From positions 64,001-128,000 of IMG/VR virus record IMGVR_UViG_3300020399_000132: 64,000 nucleotides of DNA. One strand, written 5' to 3'. The notes under the pieces were generated by a model. It made no database searches. It was not told where the DNA came from and worked only from the letters and a program-made list of their open reading frames with translations. Positions 10,097 to 19,479 of the stretch are shown piece after piece (the stretch's first letter is position 1; every line of letters begins with the position of its first letter). Source of the DNA: a virus. Its lineage: Duplodnaviria > Caudoviricetes. Both the position numbers and the translations under genes were made by a program.

Positions 10097-12601
10097 CTAT
10101 ACTAAAAACGCTTCTAGAGAACTTGTTTTTTCAGGAGACCATCCAATGACTTTTAATATTTCATTCAAGGGTCCCCTAAAAGACTTTTCAAATTGTTTAT
10201 CATAATCAATATAATCATGAAGCCCGAACTCTTCAGGCAAGCCTTCCATCATGGCTATAACACCATCTCTAATAGGATTAGGCTGTTTCAAATAAACAAA
10301 TTTGATCTTTTCCCCTTCTTGAATAAGAGGATACTTATTTTGCAATTCATTTTGTTTCAAAAAATGATTATACAGGCGTGTTCCTTTTACATGAACAGGT
10401 GTTCCTTTAGCATACAATTTTGTCCCACCATTATATTTTTCAATTCCTTTAACAGATCTAGGAAATGCAATATTTTCAATAGGTTCTTTTTCAAACTGTA
10501 TTCTAAAATCTGCAATGAACTTCTGTATAGCTTCTTCATCGTGATTGATAATAATATCAAAAGATTTTTTTAATTTATCTCTACAAGATGTGGGTGTTGA
10601 TGATTTAACAGATTCAATACCCATAACTTTAATTCGAGGATTTACATATCTAACACCCTCATTATCATGAACATTAAGAATATAATGTTTCTTTCCTGTC
10701 CAAATACCTTTATCAGCAATGCACTCTCTTTTCATAAACATCTTCTGACCATAAGCATTCATATAATTTGCTAGATCTGAATATCCGTTATCGATTACTC
10801 CTTGTAGTTTTTCCTCACATACTTTATCTAAAAAATTTATTACTTTAGTTGTATCCGGCTCTTCAGGAAATACTTTTTTTACTAATCCATCTAAAGTAAT
10901 GTAAAGGGAGTCTGTATCCGATGCAAGAACATAATCAACCTCTTTTGTTTCCATAACTTGATTAAGATAATTATTGACTACAGTTTCTGCCCAGCGAATA
11001 CTCAGTTGTCCTCCTAATGTAATAGCTTCAGATATTCTCAAATCAAAAAATCTAAAATATGGATTTCCAAAAGCTCCGTAAACACTATTAAGCATTAATT
11101 TCATGGCAGTTTGTTTATTGCCAAATGAATCTGCTTCCTTTTTTAATTTTTCTATCTCAACCGGATCCGTTGCTTTTTCTAATTTTTTCTTAGCCGCGAT
11201 TTCCTTCTTTTTAAAGATAACTCTATTATCATACTTCTCCTGCATTAGTCTTGGTAAAAATCCTTGTTCATCCTTTTTGAATCCTTGACCATTAGGAGCA
11301 ATGATAATATCTTTATCATAATATTTGTTTAAATCTACTTGCTTATTTAATAAAGAATCAACTCGACACGGCTCTGTAACACCTGTTAAAATAGTATCAG
11401 GACTAACATTGTATTGCATGATTAAATGAGGATATAGACTATTTAAATCAAAGCTGACAACCCATTTATGCATGCCTGTCTGCACTTCTTTTACATATGC
11501 TCCAACATATGCAGCATTTTTTGTATTATCTTTCTTAGGTGGAACTACTATATTTCTATTCATTAAATCATTCGCAAGAATAACTTCCCACATCATCACC
11601 ATTCCAAATGTGTCCTGATAGTTTACCTTTGCTTCATAAGCCAAAGCAACCACCATTTCTATCAATTTTTTCTTTTCCTCTAATCGTTCTACAAGCTGTG
11701 CATCTTTAATATTATAATCAATAAACAACTGATAATTTTCTTTATATAATGTATAAAGATTTCCATACTCTTCAAATGATAATTTTCTTTCTCCTAATTC
11801 AACAGAAGCAATATAATCTAACCTATAACTTTCCGCAGGAGGAGAATTCCTTCTATAAACATCAATGTAATCAATAACAGCAATACCGATGAGATCATGA
11901 AAGATTGTTTCTCTACCTCTAAAGGTTGTTGATCGCTCATTAACTAATCTCCAAGGAGATAATCTTTTGACAGCTTTATTATCAAATAATCTAGAAATTC
12001 TATTAACCAAATATGGAATATCAAAACCTTGAATATTCCACCCAGTAACAATATCTGGAGCTAACTTTTCCCAAAAAGAAAGAAATTCTTGAACCAAATG
12101 ATTTTCATCAGCACAATGAAAATATTCAACTGCCGGATTAGTATTATTATATTCACCACAACCAAATACGAAATATTTTTCTTTTGCTCCGACAGTGATG
12201 GCTTGAATTTCCTCGGTGGCTGAAATTGGATCTGGAAATCCGTGTTCTGAGGCAACCTCAATATCAATACTTGCGACTATGAGTTGTGAAAAGTCATATT
12301 CAATTCCTTTATCTTTAGGATACTCATCGTAAATAAAATTATATCTCCAAGCAGTCATTCCATAAATTTGAAAATTTTCTACTCCATCATATTTTCGAAT
12401 AAATTCTCTTGTTTCTTTAATTGTACCAGGCTTAATAGGAGATAATGATTTTCCATCAATAGTTGAATATTTTGATTTTTCGTTGGAAGGAATAAAAACT
12501 GTGGGGTGATATTCAATGCGATCATCAAAACGTTGGCCGTTTTCATAACCCCTAACTAAAACATGATCACCGATTTGGTGTACGTTTGTATAAAATTTCA
12601 T
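10097..12601 (-). CDS. 43: Family B DNA polymerase (T4 gp43)
   Basis: Exo motifs DIEV, TGWNIQGFDIPY, YNIKD; pol motifs SFDLNSLYP, KLMLNSVYG, SDTDS. Confidence 0.98.
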   Translation of the reverse strand: MKFYTNVHQIGDHVLVRGYENGQRFDDRIEYHPTVFIPSNEKSKYSTIDGKSLSPIKPGTIKETREFIRKYDGVENFQIYGMTAWRYNFIYDEYPKDKGIEYDFSQLIVASIDIEVASEHGFPDPISATEEIQAITVGAKEKYFVFGCGEYNNTNPAVEYFHCADENHLVQEFLSFWEKLAPDIVTGWNIQGFDIPYLVNRISRLFDNKAVKRLSPWRLVNERSTTFRGRETIFHDLIGIAVIDYIDVYRRNSPPAESYRLDYIASVELGERKLSFEEYGNLYTLYKENYQLFIDYNIKDAQLVERLEEKKKLIEMVVALAYEAKVNYQDTFGMVMMWEVILANDLMNRNIVVPPKKDNTKNAAYVGAYVKEVQTGMHKWVVSFDLNSLYPHLIMQYNVSPDTILTGVTEPCRVDSLLNKQVDLNKYYDKDIIIAPNGQGFKKDEQGFLPRLMQEKYDNRVIFKKKEIAAKKKLEKATDPVEIEKLKKEADSFGNKQTAMKLMLNSVYGAFGNPYFRFFDLRISEAITLGGQLSIRWAETVVNNYLNQVMETKEVDYVLASDTDSLYITLDGLVKKVFPEEPDTTKVINFLDKVCEEKLQGVIDNGYSDLANYMNAYGQKMFMKRECIADKGIWTGKKHYILNVHDNEGVRYVNPRIKVMGIESVKSSTPTSCRDKLKKSFDIIINHDEEAIQKFIADFRIQFEKEPIENIAFPRSVKGIEKYNGGTKLYAKGTPVHVKGTRLYNHFLKQNELQNKYPLIQEGEKIKFVYLKQPNPIRDGVIAMMEGLPEEFGLHDYIDYDKQFEKSFRGPLNEILKVIGWSPEKTSSLEAFLV

Positions 12602-12762
12602 TTATCAAAATAATTATATTCCACTTTGTGTCCATAAGATTTTAATTTCTTATAACACCATAATATTTGATCATCGACCCAACTTCTTTTAGTCTTGTAT
12701 GCTCCAATTAAATATAGAAATTGGAGATATACCAAAAGAGGAAATATCAATAATCGTTTCAT
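12598..12762 (-). CDS. Small hypothetical protein (54 aa, hydrophobic N-terminus), not in ORF track
   Basis: MKRLLIFPLLVYLQFLYLIGAYKTKRSW...; ATGA overlaps at both ends. Confidence 0.65.
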   Translation of the reverse strand: MKRLLIFPLLVYLQFLYLIGAYKTKRSWVDDQILWCYKKLKSYGHKVEYNYFDK

Positions 12763-13256
12763 TGAATCAGCCCATTTTTATATACTGTTTTCCCTTTTAC
12801 TCTCAGAGCTGTATTAATTTTTCCGCGATTCTGACCATTTGTTTTAAAAGAGCAGTGGACCCATCCGCTACTAGGTTGACCTTGAGTATAAAATTCTAAA
12901 ATTAATTGATCAAAGTCTAAATTTTCTTTAATCCAGCGCGCTAATTTATAATTACCTATTCTGGAACTTTCAAAATCAGCTGCTTCTCCCCAACAATGTT
13001 GACTAGTTTTAGATCCGCCGACTGCCTTATTCAGAGCCAATCCTCTATAACCGCTATTAACTCGAAGTGGTCCAACTTCATCTCTTACCGGTTGTAAAAT
13101 ATGATTTGCAACGTTAGTAAGGTTAACTAAAATTTGTGCGGAATCGGGCATATTGGATATTCCCATTCTTTCTGCGGTTGAACTTTTCACTAGTTCAGGA
13201 AGAGTAAAATTAGGAGCAACCCTAATATCTTCTTCTGTATGTAATAAATCTATCAC
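12759..13256 (-). CDS. Peptidase M15A family endolysin
   Basis: NFTLPELVKS, VNSGYR, SQHCWGEAAD, WVHCS. Confidence 0.88.
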   Translation of the reverse strand: MIDLLHTEEDIRVAPNFTLPELVKSSTAERMGISNMPDSAQILVNLTNVANHILQPVRDEVGPLRVNSGYRGLALNKAVGGSKTSQHCWGEAADFESSRIGNYKLARWIKENLDFDQLILEFYTQGQPSSGWVHCSFKTNGQNRGKINTALRVKGKTVYKNGLIQ

Positions 13257-13304
13257 TGTATAATCCTAAAAGAGGGTTTGTTATGACCACATTTCTATAT
13301 AACA

Positions 13305-13312
13305 TATTTATA
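13305..13312 (-). promoter_or_regulatory. T4-type late promoter for the lysin
   Basis: TATAAATA about 50 nt upstream of the lysin start. Confidence 0.7.
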
Positions 13313-13345
13313 ACGCCCCCTCTTGTATAATTTACGAAAAATAAA

Positions 13346-13789
13346 TTATTTAGTTACAATTGGGATCCGTCTAGATTTCTTATCCTCAGGAACAATTCTT
13401 TCTAAGGTGATAATTAACATTCCGCTGGTCATAACCGCGTCGTTAACTATCATATCATCAGATAAAGTCCAAGATCTTTTAAACGAGCGCTTGGCGATAC
13501 CTTGATGAATATAATCTTCTTCGGTTTTTTCTGTATCACTACTGACAGTTAATACTCTATCCTCAACATGTACCTTAATATCATTTTCGCCGAGTCCTGC
13601 AACTGCTAACTCTATTATATAATGATCTCCATCTTTTTTCAAGTTATAAGGTGGATATCCCTTAGATTGGTTTTGTTGATTACATTCAAAAAGTCTATCA
13701 AACATTGAATCAAACCCAACGGATAATCCTAATGCTTGTTCAAATTGTTTGTGGGTGGGGAATACAGAAAGTGCGTTAGTCGTTAACAT
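13346..13789 (-). CDS. Small heat-shock protein Hsp20
   Basis: YPPYN, IELAVAG, HQGIAKRSF; start MLTTN after AAGGAGG. Confidence 0.93.
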   Translation of the reverse strand: MLTTNALSVFPTHKQFEQALGLSVGFDSMFDRLFECNQQNQSKGYPPYNLKKDGDHYIIELAVAGLGENDIKVHVEDRVLTVSSDTEKTEEDYIHQGIAKRSFKRSWTLSDDMIVNDAVMTSGMLIITLERIVPEDKKSRRIPIVTK

Positions 13790-13874
13790 ATGTCCTCCTT
13801 CTTTAAGCAAAGACGTTTAGTAAAACATTAAGAACCCTTACGCAAGCAATTCCTAATGATATGAAAGGAAAAGA

Positions 13875-14069
13875 TCAATCTCTCCAACCTTCTCCTGCTA
13901 TTAAATGCCCAAATCTGTGTTTGAACACTATCCATATTAAATGTAATATGGAATTGGCACTATACACTCCAACCTCGTCGAATTCAATAGTGCCTTTTTC
14001 GGGATCAGTTAAAACTTCTTCGTATATTTCTAAGTCGTAACTATGCCCGATAACTTTAAATCTGCTCAT
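13875..14069 (-). CDS. Hypothetical protein
   Basis: ORF coupled to dUTPase. Confidence 0.65.
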   Translation of the reverse strand: MSRFKVIGHSYDLEIYEEVLTDPEKGTIEFDEVGVYSANSILHLIWIVFKHRFGHLIAGEGWRD

Positions 14070-14575
14070 TTACCAGTACTCCCAAAACCACCTGTTCGGC
14101 TGGTTTTTTGTTTAGGAGGTGAGCTGATTTCTTCGATATTATATTGTTGTAATCGCACAAGTTCTCCCTGTGCAATTCTATCATTATTATTTATAACAAT
14201 TGATTGAACGTCTGATAAGTTTATTACGGGAATCATTAACGGTTCGATATAATCGAAATCGATCACTCCTTCACAATTAATAAAACTCAACCCTTGTTTA
14301 ATCGCTGTACCAGATCTCGGATGTATTCTTACTGAAAATCCCGCTGGAATATCTAAAATTATCCCTGTAGGAACTAGTACTCTTTGAAAAGGATGTATTG
14401 TTATATTCTTATCATGTCTTTCAATAAATTTTTTCCTATCTTCATTCCAAAATTTACATCCTATTTCAGGAGTATAATAAGCATGTATATCAAAACATGC
14501 TGAGCCTCGTGTTGAAAATGTTGGAAGGGTTACGTCGGGATATAATTTATGAGCTTTCAGACTTAGTGTCGTCAT
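14066..14575 (-). CDS. dut: Trimeric dUTPase
   Basis: SACFDI, PRSG, GVIDFDY, RIAQ, RTGGFGSTG. Confidence 0.95.
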   Translation of the reverse strand: MTTLSLKAHKLYPDVTLPTFSTRGSACFDIHAYYTPEIGCKFWNEDRKKFIERHDKNITIHPFQRVLVPTGIILDIPAGFSVRIHPRSGTAIKQGLSFINCEGVIDFDYIEPLMIPVINLSDVQSIVINNNDRIAQGELVRLQQYNIEEISSPPKQKTSRTGGFGSTGK

Positions 14576-14975
14576 TTTTTTTATTACCTATATTATATTT
14601 CGCAACTAGTTCCCATTCATCTTTTTTCTTAAAAGATATAATCTTTAATTGATTAATTGGAACTATGTTATCTTCATCGATTTTATCATTATTAACTTTT
14701 TGTACTAGATCCCATTCGGCTAATAAATTTACTATTGTATTTCGTCTCGCTGCATCATTATCCGAAAAATTGGAAGGTTTTCCATCCAACATAAACAATT
14801 CTTTAAAATGTACAATGTAATATCTAGCTTGCTTATGAAGAATATGACAAGATTGATATAAAATCTTATCCTTCTTAGATGCTACACCTATTCTCGTTAA
14901 TGTTTCTTTTACTTTTAAAAAATCGTCGGGCTGCTTTAACTTGATTTCAACGAGAGAATCTATCTCTACGCTCAT
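14547..14975 (-). CDS. regA: Translational repressor RegA
   Basis: DFLKVKETLTRIG, LYQSCHILHK, YYIVHFKELF. Confidence 0.97.
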   Translation of the reverse strand: MSVEIDSLVEIKLKQPDDFLKVKETLTRIGVASKKDKILYQSCHILHKQARYYIVHFKELFMLDGKPSNFSDNDAARRNTIVNLLAEWDLVQKVNNDKIDEDNIVPINQLKIISFKKKDEWELVAKYNIGNKKNDDTKSESS

Positions 14976-15372
14976 TGTTCTCCTTCAAACCACCTGTAAA
15001 TAATTCTTGCCTAAGAGTATTCAGATCTTCATCACTGAAGATATCTACAACCTCTCTTGCTTTTTGAAGGCTGTATCCATAATATTCAACAATTAAATCT
15101 ATGGCTTCATACTTCTCAGCTTTTAACCATCGACCAAATCTATTCTTGGGTCTGATAATATTTAGCAAATAGTGGTATTGAAGTTTATTGTCCAGATGAG
15201 TTCTGGTGTTCATTTCATTGGCTTGAAGGATAGTATCGAAATTAAAACTTAAAGATCGATTAACAAGAAACGCTTTATATTGACCTTCTAATTGATTATC
15301 AAAGTCATTACTTAGTATATCTTTTTTCTTATAATTGATATCATTTACAAAATCAAACGGATTTATTGCCAT
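14947..15372 (-). CDS. 62: Clamp loader small subunit (gp62)
   Basis: PFDFVNDIN, NRSLS, ANEMN, YYGYS; synteny. Confidence 0.93.
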   Translation of the reverse strand: MAINPFDFVNDINYKKKDILSNDFDNQLEGQYKAFLVNRSLSFNFDTILQANEMNTRTHLDNKLQYHYLLNIIRPKNRFGRWLKAEKYEAIDLIVEYYGYSLQKAREVVDIFSDEDLNTLRQELFTGGLKENNERRDRFSR

Positions 15373-16301
15373 TGTCCTTCTATCATAATTTCAATTAAAC
15401 ATGCTGTAAGATTTATATCTTGATCTGCAGCAAATGCGCTCTTATATTGATAATCTGCCAATAAAAGTATTATTGGTGGTAGTCCTGCTGGTGTCAAATG
15501 GTCATGCAAATTATCATATAACTTTCTATATACTGTTCTAGCATCTGTATGACTTGTATCAACAACCCATTTACGAACCTTAGTAAAGTTCTTTTCCTTT
15601 AATGCATTAATAAGAGCGTTAAAATCAGAATCGGAAAGCAAACTGAGGATACCACTATCAATACTTCCGCTGGTGCTATATCGTTGTAATTCATTTAAAG
15701 TTCTTCTAAAATCTGGATAATATTTCATAATAAGTTCAACAACAACTTTCTCGTTAAACTTAATCTTATTTTCATTAAGAATTACTGTAATTCTATCCAA
15801 TAGCTGTTGTGCTATCTTAGGTGATTCTTTTTTATCTACCTTAAATTCAACTACCGAGCATCGAGAATGAATAGGATCGATAATTCTATTAAGATAATTA
15901 CATGTAAAAATAAAGCTGCAATTATCAGCGAATCGCTCAATAAATCCTCTCATTGCTGGTTGCGTAGATTGAGGATTTAAATAATCGGCCTCATCTATAA
16001 TAACAACCTTACGACCACCAATTAATGAAACACTACTACAATAATTTTCTAACTTAACTCTCAATAAATCAATACCAGATTCCTGAGAACCGTTGATGAT
16101 CAAATAGTCTAAACCAATCTCTTTACACATTGCTTTCGCAATTGTGGTTTTACCCATTCCAGGACCACCACATAAAAGAAGATTTGGTATATTACCCGAG
16201 GCCACATAAGATTCGAATGGTTCTTTCAGATGATCTGGTAGAATACATTCTGCTACTGTTTGAGGTCTATAAGCTTCAACCCATAATATATTTTTTGTCA
16301 T
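15363..16301 (-). CDS. 44: Clamp loader large subunit (gp44)
   Basis: LWVEAYRP, GPGMGKTT, IIDEAD, SRC. Confidence 0.96.
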   Translation of the reverse strand: MTKNILWVEAYRPQTVAECILPDHLKEPFESYVASGNIPNLLLCGGPGMGKTTIAKAMCKEIGLDYLIINGSQESGIDLLRVKLENYCSSVSLIGGRKVVIIDEADYLNPQSTQPAMRGFIERFADNCSFIFTCNYLNRIIDPIHSRCSVVEFKVDKKESPKIAQQLLDRITVILNENKIKFNEKVVVELIMKYYPDFRRTLNELQRYSTSGSIDSGILSLLSDSDFNALINALKEKNFTKVRKWVVDTSHTDARTVYRKLYDNLHDHLTPAGLPPIILLLADYQYKSAFAADQDINLTACLIEIMIEGQWQ

Positions 16302-16305
16302 AATT

Positions 16306-16992
16306 TCAAGATACCTGTTCGGTTGCTATCCAATATTCAAGATTCCGTTCTGAATTTTTAAAATATCCAAGACCTTTATTTGATATTTTCACATCATAAG
16401 AACCTCTCATGAGTTTAAGATTTTCTATCTTAAAAATCATTTTAAAATTAGAAGTTGAATTCCCTAATTCAACTGCATAACTATCGATAGATGTTTTAGC
16501 ATCAATTGCTTGTATTTTAAGTTTTCCATCATTTGCTACAACTGCAATTTCTGGAAGACTCATTACTGCAGCTGCTCTCATTATAGACATAAAATATTTT
16601 TCTTCTAATTTAAAAACAGCTTCTTCAGATGGTAAATTTATATCCTTTGCTAGGATCTTTCTCTCATTTTCAAATAAACTCATATTTGCAAATTGATATT
16701 CAGCTACGGAATCCCCTGCGACGAAATTATTAGCATCAACACTTGATTGTATTTTTATAGATTTTTCACTGAAATCAAATTGAGGCTCTGCAAATAATGA
16801 AAGAACTCCTAAAAATTTATTCAAATCATATATAGCAAAATCCTGAGGAAAGCTTTGACCAAGCTTAGCCTTTGCTAAAACGTTTGTTTGTTCACTTACT
16901 GTTTTAATTACATCGCCGGCCTCTATAACCAAACTTTGATTAATTTCTGCAAAGTTCTTTAATGTTTCAACAGTCTCATTATTAATTATCAT
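16306..16992 (-). CDS. 45: Sliding clamp (gp45)
   Basis: LKNFAEINQS, FAIYDLNKFL, YWIA; synteny. Confidence 0.93.
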   Translation of the reverse strand: MIINNETVETLKNFAEINQSLVIEAGDVIKTVSEQTNVLAKAKLGQSFPQDFAIYDLNKFLGVLSLFAEPQFDFSEKSIKIQSSVDANNFVAGDSVAEYQFANMSLFENERKILAKDINLPSEEAVFKLEEKYFMSIMRAAAVMSLPEIAVVANDGKLKIQAIDAKTSIDSYAVELGNSTSNFKMIFKIENLKLMRGSYDVKISNKGLGYFKNSERNLEYWIATEQVS

Positions 16993-17000
16993 TATATTTC

Positions 17001-17999
17001 CTATAGGTGATTAGGGCTCTCAGCATGAGAGGATTTGTCCTTCTTTTTGGTATCCTTCCGCTTTTCCTTAGCAAGAGCTCTTCTGTCTTTTCTACTCATT
17101 CCTTTCGATGCTAACTTCGTTTTTCGATCTTCAAGAAAAGGTCGAGATTCAGTATCATATCCATGGGCCGCGTATTCTAAGGCTCCCATATCAGGAAGAT
17201 TACCATTAAACACATATGTTCCAATATGTTGTAATTTCATCCATGGACATAGAAAAGTTTTAATATCTATCTTCTGACACAGTTGACAAAACATATAATC
17301 TTCAGAAAGATAACGATCAGACCCTTCAGATTTTCCTTTGCCCATCCATTGATCATTGTCAATAATGGTATCAAAAAATGCATGAATATATCTGGAACCA
17401 TCGAAATGGTCTGATCGATTATGATCGGGTTTATATCGAAATTTAGGATAAGCTTTTTCAAACTTTGTGAATACTTCTCTCTGTATCATCATAAACCCTG
17501 TTCCAATTTCTAACGCTTCAACTGGCTCAGATAAAGATATTGTTTGAGTTCCGCCAGTTGGATTGAAAACAAAATCTCCTGTAAACTTCTCAAGAAGCAT
17601 AGGATTATCATCAGCTAAACCTTTATCAACAGCATTACGAACTTTTTCCCAAGCAATACACTTCTTGGGATATATTCCTCCAACAATTGGTTTTGTATCA
17701 TCACATAGAGCAGCTAATGTTAAAACATAATTTGGATCGAAACAAATATCGCTATCAATGAACATGAGATGAGTATAATCTGATCTCAAAAATTCATCAA
17801 CACAATAATTTCGAGCTCTGGTGATTAATGATTCGTTAAAAAGATAAAAGAACTTTAAGTCTATTTGATATTTGGTAGCGGTGGTTGCTAAGTCACAACA
17901 CGCCTTTGTATACATTCCACTACACATGCCCGCATACATTGGAGTTGCAACAAATATTTTTTTCTTTCGTAATTCTGCTATAGGCACTTCAATTTGCAT
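17001..17999 (-). CDS. GT-A fold glycosyltransferase-like protein
   Basis: ATPMY, ESLITRARN, FIDSD, GTGFM, YLSEDY. Confidence 0.75.
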   Translation of the reverse strand: MQIEVPIAELRKKKIFVATPMYAGMCSGMYTKACCDLATTATKYQIDLKFFYLFNESLITRARNYCVDEFLRSDYTHLMFIDSDICFDPNYVLTLAALCDDTKPIVGGIYPKKCIAWEKVRNAVDKGLADDNPMLLEKFTGDFVFNPTGGTQTISLSEPVEALEIGTGFMMIQREVFTKFEKAYPKFRYKPDHNRSDHFDGSRYIHAFFDTIIDNDQWMGKGKSEGSDRYLSEDYMFCQLCQKIDIKTFLCPWMKLQHIGTYVFNGNLPDMGALEYAAHGYDTESRPFLEDRKTKLASKGMSRKDRRALAKEKRKDTKKKDKSSHAESPNHL

Positions 18000-18053
18000 T
18001 ATTTCCTTTTTTTCATATTAACAAAAAACATACATTATCAACTATTTAATATA

Positions 18054-18082
18054 ATTATAGCTGATAATGTAAATAATGTCAA
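18054..18082 (-). promoter_or_regulatory. Sigma70-type promoter
   Basis: TTGACA-17 nt-TATAAT. Confidence 0.75.
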
Positions 18083-18098
18083 GGATTAAATTATTTTT

Positions 18099-19283
18099 TT
18101 AATATTTCGCTGATTCTTTTTCCACGTATCCGTCTTGCACGTGCATGCTGTTATCTTCTAATTCTTCAGTTGCATTAGGATCTACTTTAGTCCAGAGATC
18201 CATAAATCCCGTTTTGGTATCTTCATCGAAACGATTGATCGAAAATTCGATCGCCTTTTCTTTATTCTGGAATATCATATAAGAAGTAACAATGTTTATC
18301 AAACGACGAGTGGAAATTATTTCATCGATTCCTCCATCAGCAAAGGTCCGACGGATAACATCTGTCCATTGACAAAGATGATTAACAAAATCTGAATCTT
18401 CAACACCATGATTTTTAAGTATTCTAGAAACGATTTTCTTTTCAATAGAGGTGGGGGGATAATCTTGTTCGAATGTAATTGGAAAACGATCAAGAAAAGC
18501 TTCATTAAGAATGTTGGCTCCTATAAATCGTCCATCATCATTACCTTTACCTTTTGTATTAGCAGTTGCGACAATGTTAAATCCGGCTTCAGGCTTTACA
18601 AGACGATTAATCTTTTTCAAGAAAATGCTTCCACCTTCAAGTACTGGTTGGAGACACATAATTTTATTAGATGCAAGATCAATTTCATCAAGAAGAAGCA
18701 GTGCGCCTCTTTCCATCGCAACGATAACTGGTCCATCTTCCCAAATGGTCTCACCATCTTTTAAAATATAGTGACCAAGAAGATCATCTTCATCTGTTTC
18801 GATTGTAATATTGACACGAATTAATTCGCGTTTTGTACTAGCCGCTGCTTCAAAAACTTCCTTGGTTTTGCCCATTCCGGACAAGCCGGTAATAAAAGAA
18901 GGAACGAACATTCCAGATTTAAATATCTGAACTAGTTCTTTGTAATATCCTGCTTTAATATAATTGGGATCTTTTTCTGGAACGAAAGAGATGCTTTCAT
19001 CTACTTTCTTAATTGTGGTGTCATGTTGAACAACACGGACATCTTTAAGTGCTTTCGGTTTGCGATATTTATCTCCCCATTTAGCTACAGGAGCTGTCAT
19101 ATTCTTTCCATAATTTGCAATTGAAAACTGATTCCGACCTACTCGAATTTTTCCTAAAAAATTCTGATTAGGCTCTGGATTACCGCTTTCATCAGCAACT
19201 TCATTTACCTGTGAACGATCTAAAATCGCTTGCACACCGTGCTTAGTTTTCCAGGTTTCAACTAATTGTTCTTTATTCATCAT
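18099..19283 (-). CDS. CobS-like (MoxR family) AAA+ ATPase
   Basis: GLSGMGKT, LLLDEID, ATANTKGKG, NEAFLDRF, ISTRRL. Confidence 0.92.
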   Translation of the reverse strand: MMNKEQLVETWKTKHGVQAILDRSQVNEVADESGNPEPNQNFLGKIRVGRNQFSIANYGKNMTAPVAKWGDKYRKPKALKDVRVVQHDTTIKKVDESISFVPEKDPNYIKAGYYKELVQIFKSGMFVPSFITGLSGMGKTKEVFEAAASTKRELIRVNITIETDEDDLLGHYILKDGETIWEDGPVIVAMERGALLLLDEIDLASNKIMCLQPVLEGGSIFLKKINRLVKPEAGFNIVATANTKGKGNDDGRFIGANILNEAFLDRFPITFEQDYPPTSIEKKIVSRILKNHGVEDSDFVNHLCQWTDVIRRTFADGGIDEIISTRRLINIVTSYMIFQNKEKAIEFSINRFDEDTKTGFMDLWTKVDPNATEELEDNSMHVQDGYVEKESAKY

Positions 19284-19380
19284 ATATTCTCTCTCATTAT
19301 TGTTTGTGTTTATTTACCGCCATCCCACCCAACTCTTCGCTTCAGCAGTTGTCGCTGGTCTTTCTTTATTCTCTATATAT

Positions 19381-19464
19381 ATTATACACTATTTTTGACA
19401 ACATGTCAACCTTTTTGTTTATCAATGATTACAACAAGTTCCTTATAACCTATTGATTTCATTA
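19381..19464 (-). promoter_or_regulatory. Sigma70-type early promoter plus upstream 42-bp dyad
   Basis: TTGACA (19404-19409)-17-TATAAT (19381-19386); dyad 19423-19464. Confidence 0.8.
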
Positions 19465-19479
19465 CAAAACAAACTTGCA

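Noticed and set aside
10097-12601. Intron or intein in DNA polymerase, helicase or UvsX
   Set aside because: The ORFs are continuous and of normal length, with no splicing motifs.
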